Source: Paragordius varius
Taxonomy: Eukaryota; Animalia; Nematomorpha
Direction: 5' to 3'
Assembly: GCA_964247055.1 (NCBI GenBank)
Contig: OZ176056.1
Span: 372,001 to 436,000 of the forward strand
DNA length: 64,000 nucleotides
Each line of letters begins with the position of its first letter. Position 1 is the first letter of the stretch. Below the pieces are notes generated by a model. The model was not told the origin of the DNA. It saw only the letters and a program-made list of their open reading frames with translations, and did no database searches. Positions 40,801 to 57,100 of the stretch are shown one piece after another. Made by a program: the position numbers and the translations under genes.

Positions 40801-43800
40801 AACAAAATTATTTTTTATACATTCTCTTAGTAGGACTACATCAAAATATAGAGATAGTTTGGCAAACTCTTTCATATCCGATTTTTACAACGATACTTTA
40901 AAAATTAATGTATAAAACTAGTCGCATCAATACTCAAGTTAAACTTTGTCCTTAAAAATCGAATATTGGTCACCGGTGAACAAAATTATTTTTTATACAT
41001 TCTCTTAGTAAGACTACATCAAAATATAGAGATAGTTTGGCAAACTCTTTCATATCCGATTTTTACAACGATACTTAAAAATTAATGTATAAAACTAGTC
41101 GCATTAATACTCAAGTTAAACTTTGTCCTTAAAAATCGGATATTGGTCACCGGTGAACAAAATTGTTTTTTATACATTCTCTTTTTAAGACTACATCAAA
41201 AAAATATAGAGATAGTTTGACAAACTCTCTCATATCCGATTTTTACAACGATACTTTAAAAATTAATGTATAAGTCGCATCAATGCTAAAGTTAAACTTT
41301 GTCCTTAAAAATCGGATATTGGTCACCGGTGAACAAAATTATTTTTTATACATTCTCTTAGCAAGACTACATCAAAATATAGAGATAGTTTGACAAACTC
41401 TTTCATATCCGATTTTTACAACGATACTTTAATAATTAATGTATAAAACTAGTCGTATCAATAAATCGCATCAATACTCAAGTTAAACTTTGTCCTTAAA
41501 AATCGGATATTGGTCACCGGTGAACAAAAGTATTTTTTATACATTCTCTTAGTAGGACTACATCAAAATATAGAGATAATTTGGCAAACTCTTTCATATC
41601 CGATTTTTACAACGATACTTTAAAAATTAATGTATAAAACTAGTCGCATCAATACTCAAGTTAAACTTTGTCCTTAAAAATCGGATATTGGTCACCGGTG
41701 AACAAAATTATTTTTTATACATTCTCTTAGTAAGACTACATCAAAATGTAGAAATAGTTTGACAAACTCTTTCATATCCGATTTTTACAACGATACTTTA
41801 AAAATTGATGTATTAAACTAGTCGCATCAATACTCAAGTTAAACGTTGTCCTTAAAAATCGGATATTGGTCACCGGTGAACAAAATTATTTTTTATACAT
41901 TCTCTTAGCAAGACTACATCAAAATATAGAGATAGTTTGACAAACTCTTTCATATCCGATTTTTACAACGATACTTTAAAAATTAATGTATAAAACTAGT
42001 CGTATCAATAAATCGCATCAATACTCAAGTTAAACTTTGTCCTTAAAAATCGGATATTGGTCACCGGTGAACAAAATTATTTTTTATACATTCTCTTAGT
42101 AGGACTACATCAAAATATAGAGATAGTTTGGCAAACTCTTTCATATCCGATTTTTACAACGATACTTTAAAAATTAATGTATAAAACTAGTCGCATCAAT
42201 ACTCAAGTTAAACTTTGTCCTTAAAAATCGAATATTGGTCACCGGTGAACAAAATTATTTTTTATACATTCTCTTAGTAAGACTACATCAAAATATAGAG
42301 ATAGTTTGGCAAACTCTTTCATATCGGATTTTTACAACGATACTTAAAAATTAATGTATAAAACTAGTCGCATTAATACTCAAGTTAAACTTTGTCCTTA
42401 AAAATCGGATATTGGTCACCGGTGAACAAAATTGTTTTTTATACATTCTCTTTTTAAGACTACATCAAAAAAATATAGAGATAGTTTGACAAACTCTTTC
42501 ATATCCGATTTTTACAACGATACTTTAAAAATTAATGTATAAGTCGCATCAATGCTCAAGTTAAACTCTGTCCTTAAAAATCGGATATTGGTCACCGGTG
42601 AACAAAATTATTTTTTATACATTCTCTTAGCAAGACTACATCAAAATATAGAGATAGTTTGACAAACTCTTTCATATCCGATTTTTACAACGATACTTTA
42701 ATAATTAATGTATAAAACTAGTCGTATCAATAAATCGCATCAATACTCAAGTTAAACTTTGTCCTTAAAAATCGGATATTGGTCACCGGTGAACAAAATT
42801 ATTTTTTATACATTCTCTTAGTAAGACTACATCAAAATGTAGAAATAGTTTGACAAACTCTTTCATATCCGATTTTTACAACGATACTTTAAAAATTAAT
42901 GTATTAAACTAGTCGCATCAATACTCAAGTTAAACGTTGTCCTTAAAAATCGGATATTGGTCACCGGTGAACAAAATTATTTTTTATACATTCTCTTAGC
43001 AAGACTACATCAAAATATAGAGATAGTTTGACAAACTCTTTCATATCCGATTTTTAGAACGATACTTTAAAAATTTATGTATAAAACTAGTCGTATCAAT
43101 AAATCGCATCAATACTCAAGTTAAACTTTGTCCTTCAAAATCGGATATTGGTCACCGGTGAACAAAATTATTTTTTATACATTCTCTTAGTAGGACTACA
43201 TCAAAATATAGAGATAGTTTGGCAAACTCTTTCATATCCGATTTTTACAACGATACTTTAAAAATTAATGTATAAAACTAGTCGCATCAATACTCAAGTT
43301 AAACTTTGTCCTTAAAAATCGAATATTGGTCACCGGTGAACAAAATTATTTTTTATACATTCTCTTAGTAAGACTACATCAAAATATAGAGATAGTTTGG
43401 CAAACTCTTTCATATCGGATTTTTACAACGATACTTAAAAATTAATGTATAAAACTAGTCGCATTAATACTCAAGTTAAACTTTGTCCTTAAAAATCGGA
43501 TATTGGTCACCGGTGAACAAAATTGTTTTTTATACATTCTCTTTTTAAGACTACATCAAAAAAATATAGAGATAGTTTGACAAACTCTTTCATATCCGAT
43601 TTTTACAACGATACTTTAAAAATTAATGTATAAGTCGCATCAATGCTCAAGTTAAACTCTGTCCTTAAAAATCGGATATTGGTCACCGGTGAACAAAATT
43701 ATTTTTTATACATTCTCTTAGCAAGACTACATCAAAATATAGAGATAGTTTGACAAACTCTTTCATATCCGATTTTTACAACGATACTTTAATAATTAAT

Positions 43801-45109
43801 GTATAAAACTAGTCGTATCAATAAATCGCATCAATACTCAAGTTAAACTTTGTCCTTAAAAATCGGATATTGGTCACCGGTGAACAAAATTATTTTTTAT
43901 ACATTCTCTTAGCAAGACTACATCAAAACATAGAGATAGTTTGGCAAACTCTTTCATATCCGATTTTTACAACGATTCTTTAAAAATTAATGTATAAAAC
44001 TAGTCGCATCAATACTCAAGTTAAACTTTGTCCTTAAAAATCGGATATTGGTCACCGGTGAACAAAATTATTTTTTATACATTCTCTTAGCAAGACTACA
44101 TCAAAATATAGAGATAGTTTGACAAACTCTTTCATATCCGATTTTTACAACGATACTTTAAAAATTAATGTATAAAACTAGTCGTATCAATAAATCGCAT
44201 CAATACTCAAGTTAAACTTTGTCCTTAAAAATCGGATATTGGTCACCGGTGAACAAAATTATTTTTTATACATTCTCTTAGTAGGACTCCCCAAAATATA
44301 GAGATAGTTTGGCAAACTCTTTCATATCCGATTTTTACAACGATACTTTAAAAATTAATGTATAAAACTAGTCGCATCAATACTCAAGTTAAACTTTGTC
44401 CTTAAAAATCGAATATTGGTCACCGGTGAACAAAATTATTTTTTATACATTCTCTTAGTAAGACTACATCAAAATATAGAGATAGTTTGGCAAACTCTTT
44501 CATATCCGATTTTTACAACGATACTTAAAATTAATGTATAAAACTAGTCGCATTAATACTCAAGTTAAACTTTGTCCTTAAAAATCGGATATTGGTCACC
44601 GGTGAACAAAATTGTTTTTTATACATTCTCTTTTTAAGACTACATCAAAAAAATATAGAGATAGTTTGACAAACTCTTTCATATCCGATTTTTACAACGA
44701 TACTTTAAAAATTAATGTATAAGTCGCATCAATGCTCAAGTTAAACTTTGTCCTTAAAAATCGGATATTGGTCACCGGTGAACAAAATTATTTTTTATAC
44801 ATTCTCTTAGCAAGACTACATCAAAATATAGAGATAGTTTGACAAACTCTTTCATATCCGATTTTTACAACGATACTTTAATAATTAATGTATAAAACTA
44901 GTCGTATCAATAAATCGCATCAATACTCAAGTTAAACTTTGTCCTTAAAAATCGGATATTGGTCACCGGTGAACAAAATTATTTTTTATACATTCTCTTA
45001 GCAAGACTACATCAAAATATAGAGATAGTTTGGCAAACTCTTTCATATCCGATTTTTACAACGATTCTTTAAAAATTAATGTATAAAACTAGTCGCATCA
45101 ATACTCAAG
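37866..45109. repeat. 6-7-monomer higher-order repeat (period 1091-1269 bp) around a 4-monomer core
   Basis: The core [TAGGAC 178; TCGAAT 177; CTCTTTTT/TATAAG 176; TAATAATT 191] starts at 37866, 40761, 42030, 43121 and 44212. The last three spacings are 1269, 1091 and 1091. Confidence 0.8.
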
Positions 45110-48100
45110 TTAAACTTTGTCCTTAAAAATCGGATATTGGTCACCGGTGAACAAAATTATTTTTTATACATTCTCTTAGCAAGACTACATCAAAATATAG
45201 AGATAGTTTGACAAACTCTTTCATATCCGATTTTTACAACGATACTTTAAAAATTAATGCATTAAACTAGTCGCATCAATACTCAAGTTAAACTTTGTCC
45301 TTAAAAATCGGATATTGGTCACCGGTGAACAAAATTATTTTTTATACATTCTCTTAGTAAGACTACATCAAAATGTAGAAATAGTTTGACAAACTCTTTC
45401 ATATCCGATTTTTTACAACGATACTTTAAAAATTAATGTATTAAACTAGTCGCATCAATACTCAAGTTAAACTTTGTCCTTAAAAATCGGATATTGGTCA
45501 CCGGTGAACAAAATTGTTTTTTATACATTCTCTTTTTAAGACTACATCAAAAAAATATAGAGATAGTTTGACAAACTCTTTCATATCCGATTTTTACAAC
45601 GATACTTTAAAAATTAATGTATAAGTCGCATCAATGCTCAAGTTAAACTTTGTCCTTAAAAATCGGATATTGGTCACCGGTGAACAAAATTATTTTTTAT
45701 ACATTCTCTTAGCAAGACTACATCAAAATATAGAGATAGTTTGACAAACTCTTTCATATCCGATTTTTACAACGATACTTTAATAATTAATGTATAAAAC
45801 TAGTCGTATCAATAAATCGCATCAATACTCAAGTTAAACTTTGTCCTTAAAAATCGGATATTGGTCACCGGTGAACAAAATTATTTTTTATACATTCTCT
45901 TAGCAAGACTACATCAAAATATAGAGATAGTTTGGCAAACTCTTTCATATCCGATTTTTACAACGATACTTTAAAAATTAATGTATAAAACTAGTCGCAT
46001 CAATACTCAAGTTAAACTTTGTCCTTAAAAATCGGATATTGGTCACCGGTGAACAAAATTATTTTTTATACATTCTCTTAGTAAGCCTACATCAAAATAT
46101 AGAAATAGTTTGACAAACTCTTTCATATCCGATTTTTACAACGATACTTTAAAAATTAATGTATTAAACTAGTCGCATCAATACTCAAGCTAAACATTGT
46201 CCTTAAAAATCGGATTTTGGTCACCGGTGAACAAAACTATTTTTTATACATTCTCTTACTACGACTACATCAAAATATAGAGATAGTTTGACAAACTCTT
46301 TCATATCCGATTTTTACAGCGATACTTTAAAAATTAATGCATTAAACTAGTCGCATCAATACTCAAGTTAAACTTTGTCCTTAAAAATCGGATATTGGTC
46401 ACCGGTGAACAAAATTATTTTTTATACATTCTCTTAGTAAGACTACATCAAAATGTAGAAATAGTTTGACAAACTCTTTCATATCCGATTTTTTACAACG
46501 ATACTTTAAAAATTAATGTATTAAACTAGTCGCATCAATACTCAAGTTAAACTTTGTCCTTAAAAATCGGATATTGGTCACCGGTGAACAAAATATTTTT
46601 TATACATTCTCTTAGCAAGACTACATCAAAATATAGAGATAGTTTGACAAACTCTTTTATATCCGATTTTTACAACGATACTTTAAAAATTAATGTATAA
46701 AACTAGTCGTATCAATAAATCGCATCAATACTCAAGTTAAACTTTGTCCTTAAAAATCGGATATTGGTCACCGGTGAACAAAATTATTTTTTATACATTC
46801 TCTTAGCAAGACTACATCAAAATATAGAGATAGTTTGACAAACTCTTTTATATCCGATTTTTACAACGATACTTTAAAAATTAATGTATAAAACTAGTCG
46901 CATCAATACTCAAGTTAAACTTTGTCCTTAAAAATCGAATATTGGTCACCGGTGAACAAAATTATTTTTTATACATTCTCTTAGTAAGACTACATCAAAA
47001 TATAGAGATAGTTTGGCAAACTCTTTCATATCCGATTTTTACAACGATACTTTAAAAATTAATGTATAAAACTAGTCGCATCAATGCTCAAGTTAAACTT
47101 TGTCCTTAAAACTCGGACATTGGTCACCGGTGAACAAAATTTTTTTTTATACATTCTCTTAGTAAGACTACATCAAAATATAGAGATAGTTTGGCAAACT
47201 CTTTCATATCCGATTTTTACAACGATACTTTAAACATTAATGTATAAGTCGCATCAATGCTCAAGTTAAACTTTGTCCTTAAAAATCGGATATTGGTCAC
47301 CGGTGAACAAAATTATTTTTTTTACATTCTCTTAGTAAGACTACATCAAAATATAGAAATAGTTTGACAAACTCTTTCATATCCGATTTTTACAACGATA
47401 CTTTAAAAATTAATGTATAAAACTAGTCGCATCAATACTCAAGTTAAACTTTGTCCTTAAAAATCGGATATTGGTCACCGGTGAACAAAATTATTTTTTA
47501 TACATTCTCTTAGTAAGACTACATCAAAATGTAGAAATAGTTTGACAAACTCTTTCATATCCGATTTTTACAACGATACTTTAAAAATTAATGTATTAAA
47601 CTAGTCGCATCAATACTCAAGTTAAACTTTGTCCTTAAAAATCGGATATTGGTCACCGGTGAACAAAATTATTTTTTATACATTCTCTTAGCAAGACTAC
47701 ATCAAAATATAGAGATAGTTTGACAAACTCTTTTATATCCAATTTTTACAACGATACTTAAAAATTAATGTATAAAACTAGTCGTATCAATAAATCGCAT
47801 CAATACTCAAGTTAAACTTTGTCCTTAAAAATCGGATATTGGTCACCGGTGAACAAAAGTATTTTTTATACATTCTCTTAGTAGGACTACATCAAAATAT
47901 AGAGATAATTTGGCAAACTCTTTCATATCCGATTTTTACAACGATACTTTAAAAATTAATGTATAAAACTAGTCGCATCAATACTCAAGTTAAACTTTGT
48001 CCTTAAAAATCGGATATTGGTTACCGGTGAACAAAATTATTTTTTATACATTCTCTTAGTAAGACTACATCAAAATGTAGAAATAGTTTGACAAACTCTT

Positions 48101-51100
48101 TCATATCCGATTTTTACAACGATACTTTAAAAATTAATGTATTAAACTAGTCGCATCAATACTCAAGTTAAACTTTGTCCTTAAAAATCGGATATTGGTC
48201 ACCGGTGAACAAAATTATTTTTTATACATTCTCTTAGTAAGACTACATCAAAATATAGAGATAGTTTGGCAAACTCTTTCATATCCGATTTTTACAACGA
48301 TACTTTAAAAATTAATGTATAAAACTAGTCGCATCAATGCTCAAGTTAAACGTTGTCCTTAAAAATCGGACATTGGTCACCGGTGAACAAAATTTTTTTT
48401 TTATACATTCTCTTAGTAAGACTACATCAAAATATAGAGATAGTTTGGCAAACTCTTTCATATCCGATTTTTACAACGATACTTTAAACATTAATGTATA
48501 AGTCGCATCAATGCTCAAGTTAAACTTTGTCCTTAAAAATCGGATATTGGTCACCGGTGAACAAAATTATTTTTTTTACATTCTCTTAGTAAGACTACAT
48601 CAAAATATAGAGATAGTTTGGCAAACTCTTTCATATCCGATTTTTACAACGATACTTTAAAAATTAATGTATTAAACTAGTCGCATCAATACTCAAGTTA
48701 AACTTTGTCCTTAAAAATCGGATATTGGTCACCGGTGAACAAAATTATTTTTTATACATTCTCTTAGTAAGACTACATCAAAATATAGAGATAGTTTGGC
48801 AAACTCTTTCATATCCGATTTTTACAACGATACTTTAAAAATTAATGTATGAAACTAGTCGCATCAATGCTCAAGTTAAACTTTGTCCTTAAAAATCGGA
48901 CATTGGTCACCGGTGAACAAATTTTTTTTTTATACATTCTCTTAGTAAGACTACATCAAAATATAGAGATAGTTTGGCAAACTCTTTCATATCCGATTTT
49001 TACAACGATATTTTAAACATTAATGTATAAGTCGCATCAATGCTCAAGTTAAACTTTGTCCTTAAAAATCGGATATTGGTCACCGGTGAACAAAATTATT
49101 TTTTATACATTCTCTTAGTAAGACTACATCAAAATGTAGAAATAGTTTGACAAACTCTTTCATATCCGATTTTTACAACGATACTTTAAAAATTAATGTA
49201 TTAAACTAGTCGCATCAATACTCAAGTTAAACTTTGTCCTTAAAAATCGGATATTGGTCACCGGTGAACAAAATTATTTTTTATACATTCTCTTAGCAAG
49301 ACTACATCAAAATATAGAGATAGTTTGACAAACTCTTTTATATCCGATTTATACAACGATACTTAAAAATTAATGTATAAAACTAGTCGTATCAATAAAT
49401 CGCATCAATACTCAAGTTAAACTTTGTCCTTAAAAATCGGATATTGGTCACCGGTGAACAAAATTGTTTTTTATACATTCTCTTTTTAAGACTACATCAA
49501 AAAAATATAGAGATAGTTTGACAAACTCTTTCATATCCGATTTTTACAACGATACTTTAATAATTAATGTATAAAACTAGTCGTATCAATAAATCGCATC
49601 AATACTCAAGTTAAACTTTGTCCTTAAAATTCGGATATTGGTCACCGGTGAACAAAATTATTTTTTTTACATTCTCTTAGTAAGACTACATCAAAATATA
49701 GAAATAGTTTGACAAACTCTTTCATATCCGATTTTTACAACGATACTTTAAAAATTAATGTATAAAACTAGTCGTATCAATACTCAAGTTAAACTTTGTC
49801 CTTAAAAATCGGATATTGGTCACTGGTGAACAAAATTATTTTTTTTACATTCTCTTAGTAAGAGTACATCAAAATATAGAAATAGTTTGACAAACTCTTT
49901 CATATCCGATTTTTACAACGATACTTTAAAAATTAATGTATTAAACTAGTCGCATCAATACTCAAGTTAAACTTTGTCCTTAAAAATCGGATATTGGTCA
50001 TCGGTGAACAAAATTATTTTTTATACATTCTCTTATCAAGACTACATCAAAATATAGAGATAGTTTGACAAACTCTTTCATATCCGATTTTTGCAACGAT
50101 ACTTTAAAAATTATGGTATTAAACCAGTCGCATTAATACTCAAGTTAAACTTTGTCCTTAAAATTCGGATATTGGTCACCGGTGAACTAAATTATTTTTT
50201 TTACATTCTCTTAGTAAGACTACATCAAAATATAGAAATAGTTTGACAAACTCTTTCATATCCGATTTTTACAACGATACTTTAAAAATTAATCTATAAA
50301 ACTAGTCGTATCAATACTCAAGTTAAACTTTGTCCTTAAAATTCGGATATTGGTCACCGGTGAACTAAATTATTTTTTTTACATTCTCTTAGTAAGACTA
50401 CATCAAAATATAGAAATAGTTTGACAAACTCTTTCATATCCGATTTTTACAACGATACTTTAAAAATTAATGTATTAAACTAGTCGCATCAATACTCAAG
50501 TTAAACTTTGTCCTTAAAAATCGGATATTGGTCACCGGTGAACAAAATTATTTTTTATACATTCTCTTATCAAGACTACATCAAAATATAGAGATAGTTT
50601 GACAAACTCTTTCATATCCGATTTTTGCAACGATACTTTAAAAATTATGGTATTAAACCAGTCGCATTAATACTCAAGTTAAACTTTGTCCTTAAAAATC
50701 GGATATTGGTCACCGGTGAACAAAACTATTTTTTATACATTCTCTTAGTAAGACTACATCAAAATATAGAGATAGTTTGGCAAACTCTTTCATATCCGAT
50801 TTTTACAACGATACTTTAAAAATTAATGTATAAAACTAGTCGTATCAATACTCAAGTTAAACTTTGTCCTTAAAAATCGGATATTGGACACCGGTGAACA
50901 AAATTATTTTTTTTACATTCTCTTAGTAAGACTACATCAAAATATAGAAATAGTTTGACAAACTCTTTCATATCCGATTTTTGCAACGATACTTAAAAAA
51001 TTATGGTATTAAACCAGTCGCATTAATACTCAAGTTAAACTTTGTAATTAAAAATCGGATATTGGTCACCGGTGAACAAAACTATTTTTTATACATTCTC

Positions 51101-54100
51101 TTAGTAAGACTACATCAAAATATAGAAATAGTTTGACAAACTCTTTCATATCCGATTTTTACAACGATACTTTAAAAATTAATGTATAAAACTAGTCGTA
51201 TCAATAAATCGCATCAATACTCAAGTTAAACTTTGTCCTTAAAAATCGGATATTGGTCACCGGTGAACAAAAGTATTTTTTATACATTCTCTTAGTAAGA
51301 CTACATCAAAATATAGAAATAGTTTGACAAACTCTTTCATATCCGATTTTTACAACGAGACTTTAAAAATTAATGTATTAAACTAGTCGCATCAATACTC
51401 AAGTTAAACTTTGTCCTTAAAAATCGGATATTGGTCACCGGTGAACAAAATTATTTTTTATACATTCTCTTAGCAAGACTACATCAAAATATAGAGATAG
51501 TTTGACAAACTCTTTCATATCCGATTTTTACAACGATACTTTAAAAATTAATGTATTAAACTAGTCGTATCAATAAATCGCATCAATACTCAAGTTAAAC
51601 TTTGTCCTTAAAAATCGGATATTGGTCACCGGTGAACAAAATTATTTTTTATACATTCTCTTAGTAAGACTACATCAAAATATAGAGATAGTTTGGCAAA
51701 CTCTTTCATATCCGATTTTTACAACAATACTTTAAAAATTAATGTATAAAACTAGTCGCATCAATGCTCAAGTTAAACTTTGTCCTTAAAAATCGGACAT
51801 TGGTCACCGGTGAACAAAATTTTTTTTATACATTCTCTTAGTAAGACTACATCAAAATATAGAGATAGTTTGGCAAACTCTTTCATATCCGATTTTTACA
51901 ACGATACTTTAAACATTAATGTATAAGTCGCATCAATGCTCAAGTTAAACTTTGTCCTTAAAAATCGGACATTGGTCACCGGTGAACAAAATTATTTTTT
52001 ATACATTCTCTTAGTAAGACTACATCAAAATATAGAAATAGTTTGACAAACTCTTTCATATCCGATTTTTACAACGATACTTTAAAAATTAATGTATTAA
52101 ACTAGTCGCATTAATACTCAAGTTAAACTTTGTCCTTAAAAATCGGATATTGGTCACCGGTGAACAAAATTATTTTTTTTACATTCTCTTAGTAAGACTA
52201 CATCAAAATATAAAAATAGTTTGACAAACTCTTTCATATCCGATTTTTACAACGATACTTTAAAAATTAATGTATTAAACTAGTCGCATTAATACTCAAG
52301 TTAAACTTTGTCCTTAAAATTCGGATATTGGTCACCGGTGAACAAAATTATTTTTTTTACATTCTCTTAGTAAGACTATATCAAAATATAGAAATAGTTT
52401 GACAAAATCTTTCATATCCGATTTTTGCAACGATACTTTATAAATTATGGTATTAAACCAGTCGCATTAATACTCAAGTTAAACTTTGTCCTTAAAAATC
52501 GGATATTGGTCACCGGTGAACAAAACTATTTTTTATACATTCTCTTAGTAAGACTACATCAAAATATAGAGATAATTTGACAAACTCTTTCATATCCGAT
52601 TTTTACAACGATACTTTAAAAATTATGGTATTAAACCAGTCGCATCAATACTCAAGTTAAACTTTGTCCTTAAAAATCGGATATTGGTCACCGGTGAACA
52701 AAATTATTTTTTATACATTCTCTTACTAAGACTACATCAAAATATAGAGATAGTTTGGCAAACTCTTTCATATCCGATTTTTACAACGATACTTTAAACA
52801 TTAATGTATAAGTCGCATCAATGCTCAAGTTAAACTTTGTCCTTAAAAATCGGACATTGGTCACCGGTGAACAAAATTATTTTTTATACATTCTCTTAGT
52901 AAGACTACATCAAAATATAGAAATAGTTTGACAAACTCTTTCATATCCGATTTTTACAACGATACTTTAAAAATTAATGTATAAAACTAGTCGTATCAAT
53001 ATATCGCATCAATACTCAAGTTAAACTTTGTCCTTAAAAATCGGATATTGGTCACCGGTGAACAAAATTATTTTTTATACATTCTCTTAGCAAGACTACA
53101 TCAAAATATAGAAATAGTTTGACAAACTCTTTCATATCCGATTTTTACAACGATACTTTAAAAATTAATGTATTAAACTAGTCGCATTAATACTCAAGTT
53201 AAACTTTGTCCTTAAAATTCGGATATTGGTCACCGGTGATAAAAATTATTTTTTATACATTCTCTTAGCAAGACTACATCAAAATATAGAGATAGTTTGA
53301 CAAACTCTTTCATATCCGATTTTTACAACGATACTTTAAAAATTAATGTATAAAACTAGTCGTATCAATATATCGCATCAATACTCAAGTTAAACTTTGT
53401 CCTTAAAAATCGGATATTGGTCACCGGTGAACAAAATTATTTTTTATACATTCTCTTAGCAAGACTACATCAAAATATAGAAATAGTTTGACAAACTCTT
53501 TCATATCCGATTTTTACAACGATACTTTAAAAATTAATGTATTAAACTAGTCGCATTAATACTCAAGTTAAACTTTGTCCTTAAAATTCGGATATTGGTC
53601 ACCGGTGATAAAAATTATTTTTTATACATTCTCTTAGCAAGACTACATCAAAATATAGAGATAGTTTGACAAACTCTTTCATATCCGATTTTTACAACGA
53701 TACTTTAAAAATTAATGTATAAAATTAGTCGTATCAATAAATCGCATCAATACTCAATTTAAACTTTGTCCTTAAAAATCGGATATTGGTCACCGGTGAA
53801 CAAAATTATTTTTTTTACATTCTCTTAGTAAGACTATATCAAAATATAGAAATAGTTTGACAAAATCTTTCATATCCGATTTTTACAACGATACTTTAAA
53901 AATTATGGTATTAAACCAGTCGCATCAATACTCAAGTTAAACTTTGTCCTTAAAAATCGGATATTGGTCACCGGTGAACAAAATTATTTTTTATACATTC
54001 TCTTAGTAAGACTACATCAAAATATAGAAATAGTTTGACAAACTCTTTCATATCCGATTTTTACAACGATACTTTAAAAATTAATGTATTAAACTAGTCG

Positions 54101-57100
54101 CATCAATACTCAAGTTAAACTTTGTCCTTAAAAATCGGATATTGGTCACCGGTGAACAAAATTATTTTTTATACATTCTCTTATCAAGACTACATCAAAA
54201 TATAGAGATAGTTTGACAAACTCTTTCATATCCGATTTTTGCAACGATACTTTAAAAATTATGGTATTAAACCAGTCGCATTAATACTCAAGTTAAACTT
54301 TGTCCTTAAAAATCGGATATTGGTCACCGGTGAACAAAATTATTTTTTATACTCTTAGTAAGACTACATCAAAATATAGAGATAATTTGACAAACTCTTT
54401 CATATCCGATTTTTACAACGATATTTTAAAAATTATGGTATTAAACCAGTCGCATCAATACTCAAGTTAAACTTTGTCCTTAAAAATCGGACATTGGTCA
54501 CCGGTGAACAAAATTATTTTTTATACATTCTCTTAGTAAGACTACATCAAAATATAAAAATAGTTTGACAAACTCTTTCATATCCGATTTTTACAACGAT
54601 ACTTTAAAAATTAATGTATAAAACTAGTCGCATCAATACTCAAGCTAAACATTGTCCTTAAAAATCGGATATTATTAACCGGTGAACAAAACTATTTTTT
54701 ATACATTCTCTTAGTAAGACTACATCAAAATATAGAGATAGTTTGACAAACTCTTTCATATCCGATTTTTACAACGATACTTTAAAAATTAATGTATAAA
54801 ACTAGTCGTATCAATAAATCGCATCAATACTCAAGTTAAACTTTGTCCTTAAAAATCGGATATTGGTCACCGGTGAACAAAATTTATTTTTATACATTCT
54901 CTTAGTAGGAATACATCAAAATATAGAGATAGTTTGGCAAACTCTTTCATATCCGATTTTTACAACGATACTTTAAAAATTAATGTATAAAACTAGTCGC
55001 AGCAATACTCAAGTTAAACTTTGTCCTTAAAAATCGAATATTGGTCACCGGTGAACAAAATTATTTTCTATACATTCTCTTAGTAAGACTACATCAAAAT
55101 ATAGAGATAGTTTGACAAACTCTTTCATATCCGATTTTTACAACGATACTTTAAAAATTAATGTGTTAAACTAGTCGCATCAATACTCAAGTTAAACTTT
55201 GTCCTTAAAACTCGGATATTGGTCACCGGTGAACAAAATTATTTTTTCTACATTCTCTTAGTAAGACTACATGAAAATATAGAGATAGTTTGACAAACTC
55301 TTTCATATACGATTTTTACAACGATACTTTTATAAAATTATTGTATTTAACCAGTCGCATCAATACTCAAGTTAAACTTTGTCCTTAAAAATCGGATATT
55401 GGTCACCGGTGAACAAAATTATTTTTTATACTCTTAGTAAGACTACATCAAAATATAGAGATAGTTTGACAAACTCTTTCATATCCGATTTTTACAACGA
55501 TACTTTAAAAATTAATGTATAAAACTAGTCGCATCAATACTCAAGCTAAACATTGTCCTTAAAAATCGGATATTGGTCACCGGTGAACAAAACTATTTTT
55601 ATTACATTCTCTTAGTAAGACTACATCAAAATATAGAGATAGTTTGACAAACTCTTTCATATCCGATTTTTACAACGATACTTTAAAAATTAATGTATTA
55701 AACTAGTCGCATTAATACTCAAGTTAAACTTTGTCCTTAAAATTCGGATATTGGTCACCGGTGAACAAAATTATTTTTTATACATTCTCTTAGTAGGACT
55801 ACATCAAAATATAGAGATAGATTGGCAAACTCTTTCATATCCGATTTTTACAACGATACTTTAAAAATTAATGTATTAAACTAGTCGCATTAATACTCAA
55901 GTTAAACTTTGTCCTTAAAATTCGGATATTGGTCACCGGTGAACAAAATTATTTTTTATACATTCTCTTAGCAAGACTACATCAAAATATAGAGATAGTT
56001 TGACAAACTCTTTCATATCCGATTTTTACAACGATACTTTAAAAATTAATGTATAAAACTAGTCGTATCAATAAATCGCATCAATACTCAAGTTAAACTT
56101 TGTCCTTAAAAATCGGATATTGGTCACCGGTGAACAAAATTATTTTTTATAAATTCTCTTAGTAAGACTACATCAAAATATAGAAATAGTTTGACAAACT
56201 CTTTCATATCCGATTTTTACAACGATACTTTAAAAATTAATGTATTAAACTAGTCGCATTAATACTCAAATTAAACTTTGTCCTTAAAAATCGGATATTG
56301 GTCACCGGTGAACAAAATTATTTTTTATACTCTTAGTAAGACTACATCAAAATATAGAGATAGTTTGACAAACTCTTTCATATCCGATTTTTACAACGAT
56401 ACTTTAAAAATTATGGTATTAAACCAGTCGCATCAATACTCAAGTTAAACTTTGTCCTTAAAATTCGGATATTGGTCACCGGTGAACAAAATTATTTTTT
56501 ATACATTCTCTTAGCAAGACTACATCAAAATATAGAGATAGTTTGACAAACTCTTTCATATCCGATTTTTACAACGATACTTTAAAAATTAATGTATAAA
56601 ACTAGTCGTATCAATATATCGCATCAATACTCAAGTTAAACTTTGTCCTTAAAAATCGGATATTGGTCACCGGTGAACAAAATTATTTTTTATACATTCT
56701 CTTAGTAAGACTACATCAAAATATAGAAATAGTTTGACAAACTCTTTCATATCCGATTTTTACAACGATACTTTAAAAATTAATGTATTAAACTAGTCGC
56801 ATTAATACTCAAGTTAAACTTTGTCCTTAAAAATCGGATATTGGTCACCGGTGAACAAAATTATTTTTTTTACATTCTCTTAGTAAGACTACATCAAAAT
56901 ATAGAAATAGTTTGACAAACTCTTTCATATCCGATTTTTACAACGATACTTTAAAAATTAATGTATTAAACTAGTCGCATCAATACTCAAGTTAAACTTT
57001 GTCCTTAAAAATCGGATATTGGTCACCGGTGAACAAAATTATTTTTTATACATTCTCTTAGTAAGACTACATCAAAATATAGAGATAGTTTGACAAACTC

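Larger units (their letters stand above)
31744..50100. repeat. Distinct array domain (different monomer haplotype set)
   Basis: Domain-specific alleles TTAGCAAGAC, ATTGTTTTT+CTCTTTTTAAG+A7, TATAAGTCGCATCAATGCTC, ATGTAGAAAT, TTACTACGAC and AAGTATT. By eye there is no TTATGGTATTAAACCAG end between about 31730 and 50111. Confidence 0.8.

Noticed and set aside
50625-50819. 64-aa ORF from the supplied track
   Set aside because: Same repeat peptide from a TTG start, opened by chance variants (TTGCAAC, TTGGCA). About two stops per monomer in the best of six frames is not remarkable, and 178 is not a multiple of 3.
47093-51944. Single-base length changes in T/A homopolymers (e.g. T8-T10 runs in GGACATT monomers)
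   Set aside because: Singleton homopolymer indels cannot be told apart from long-read error. I relied only on indels shared between sister copies or outside homopolymers.
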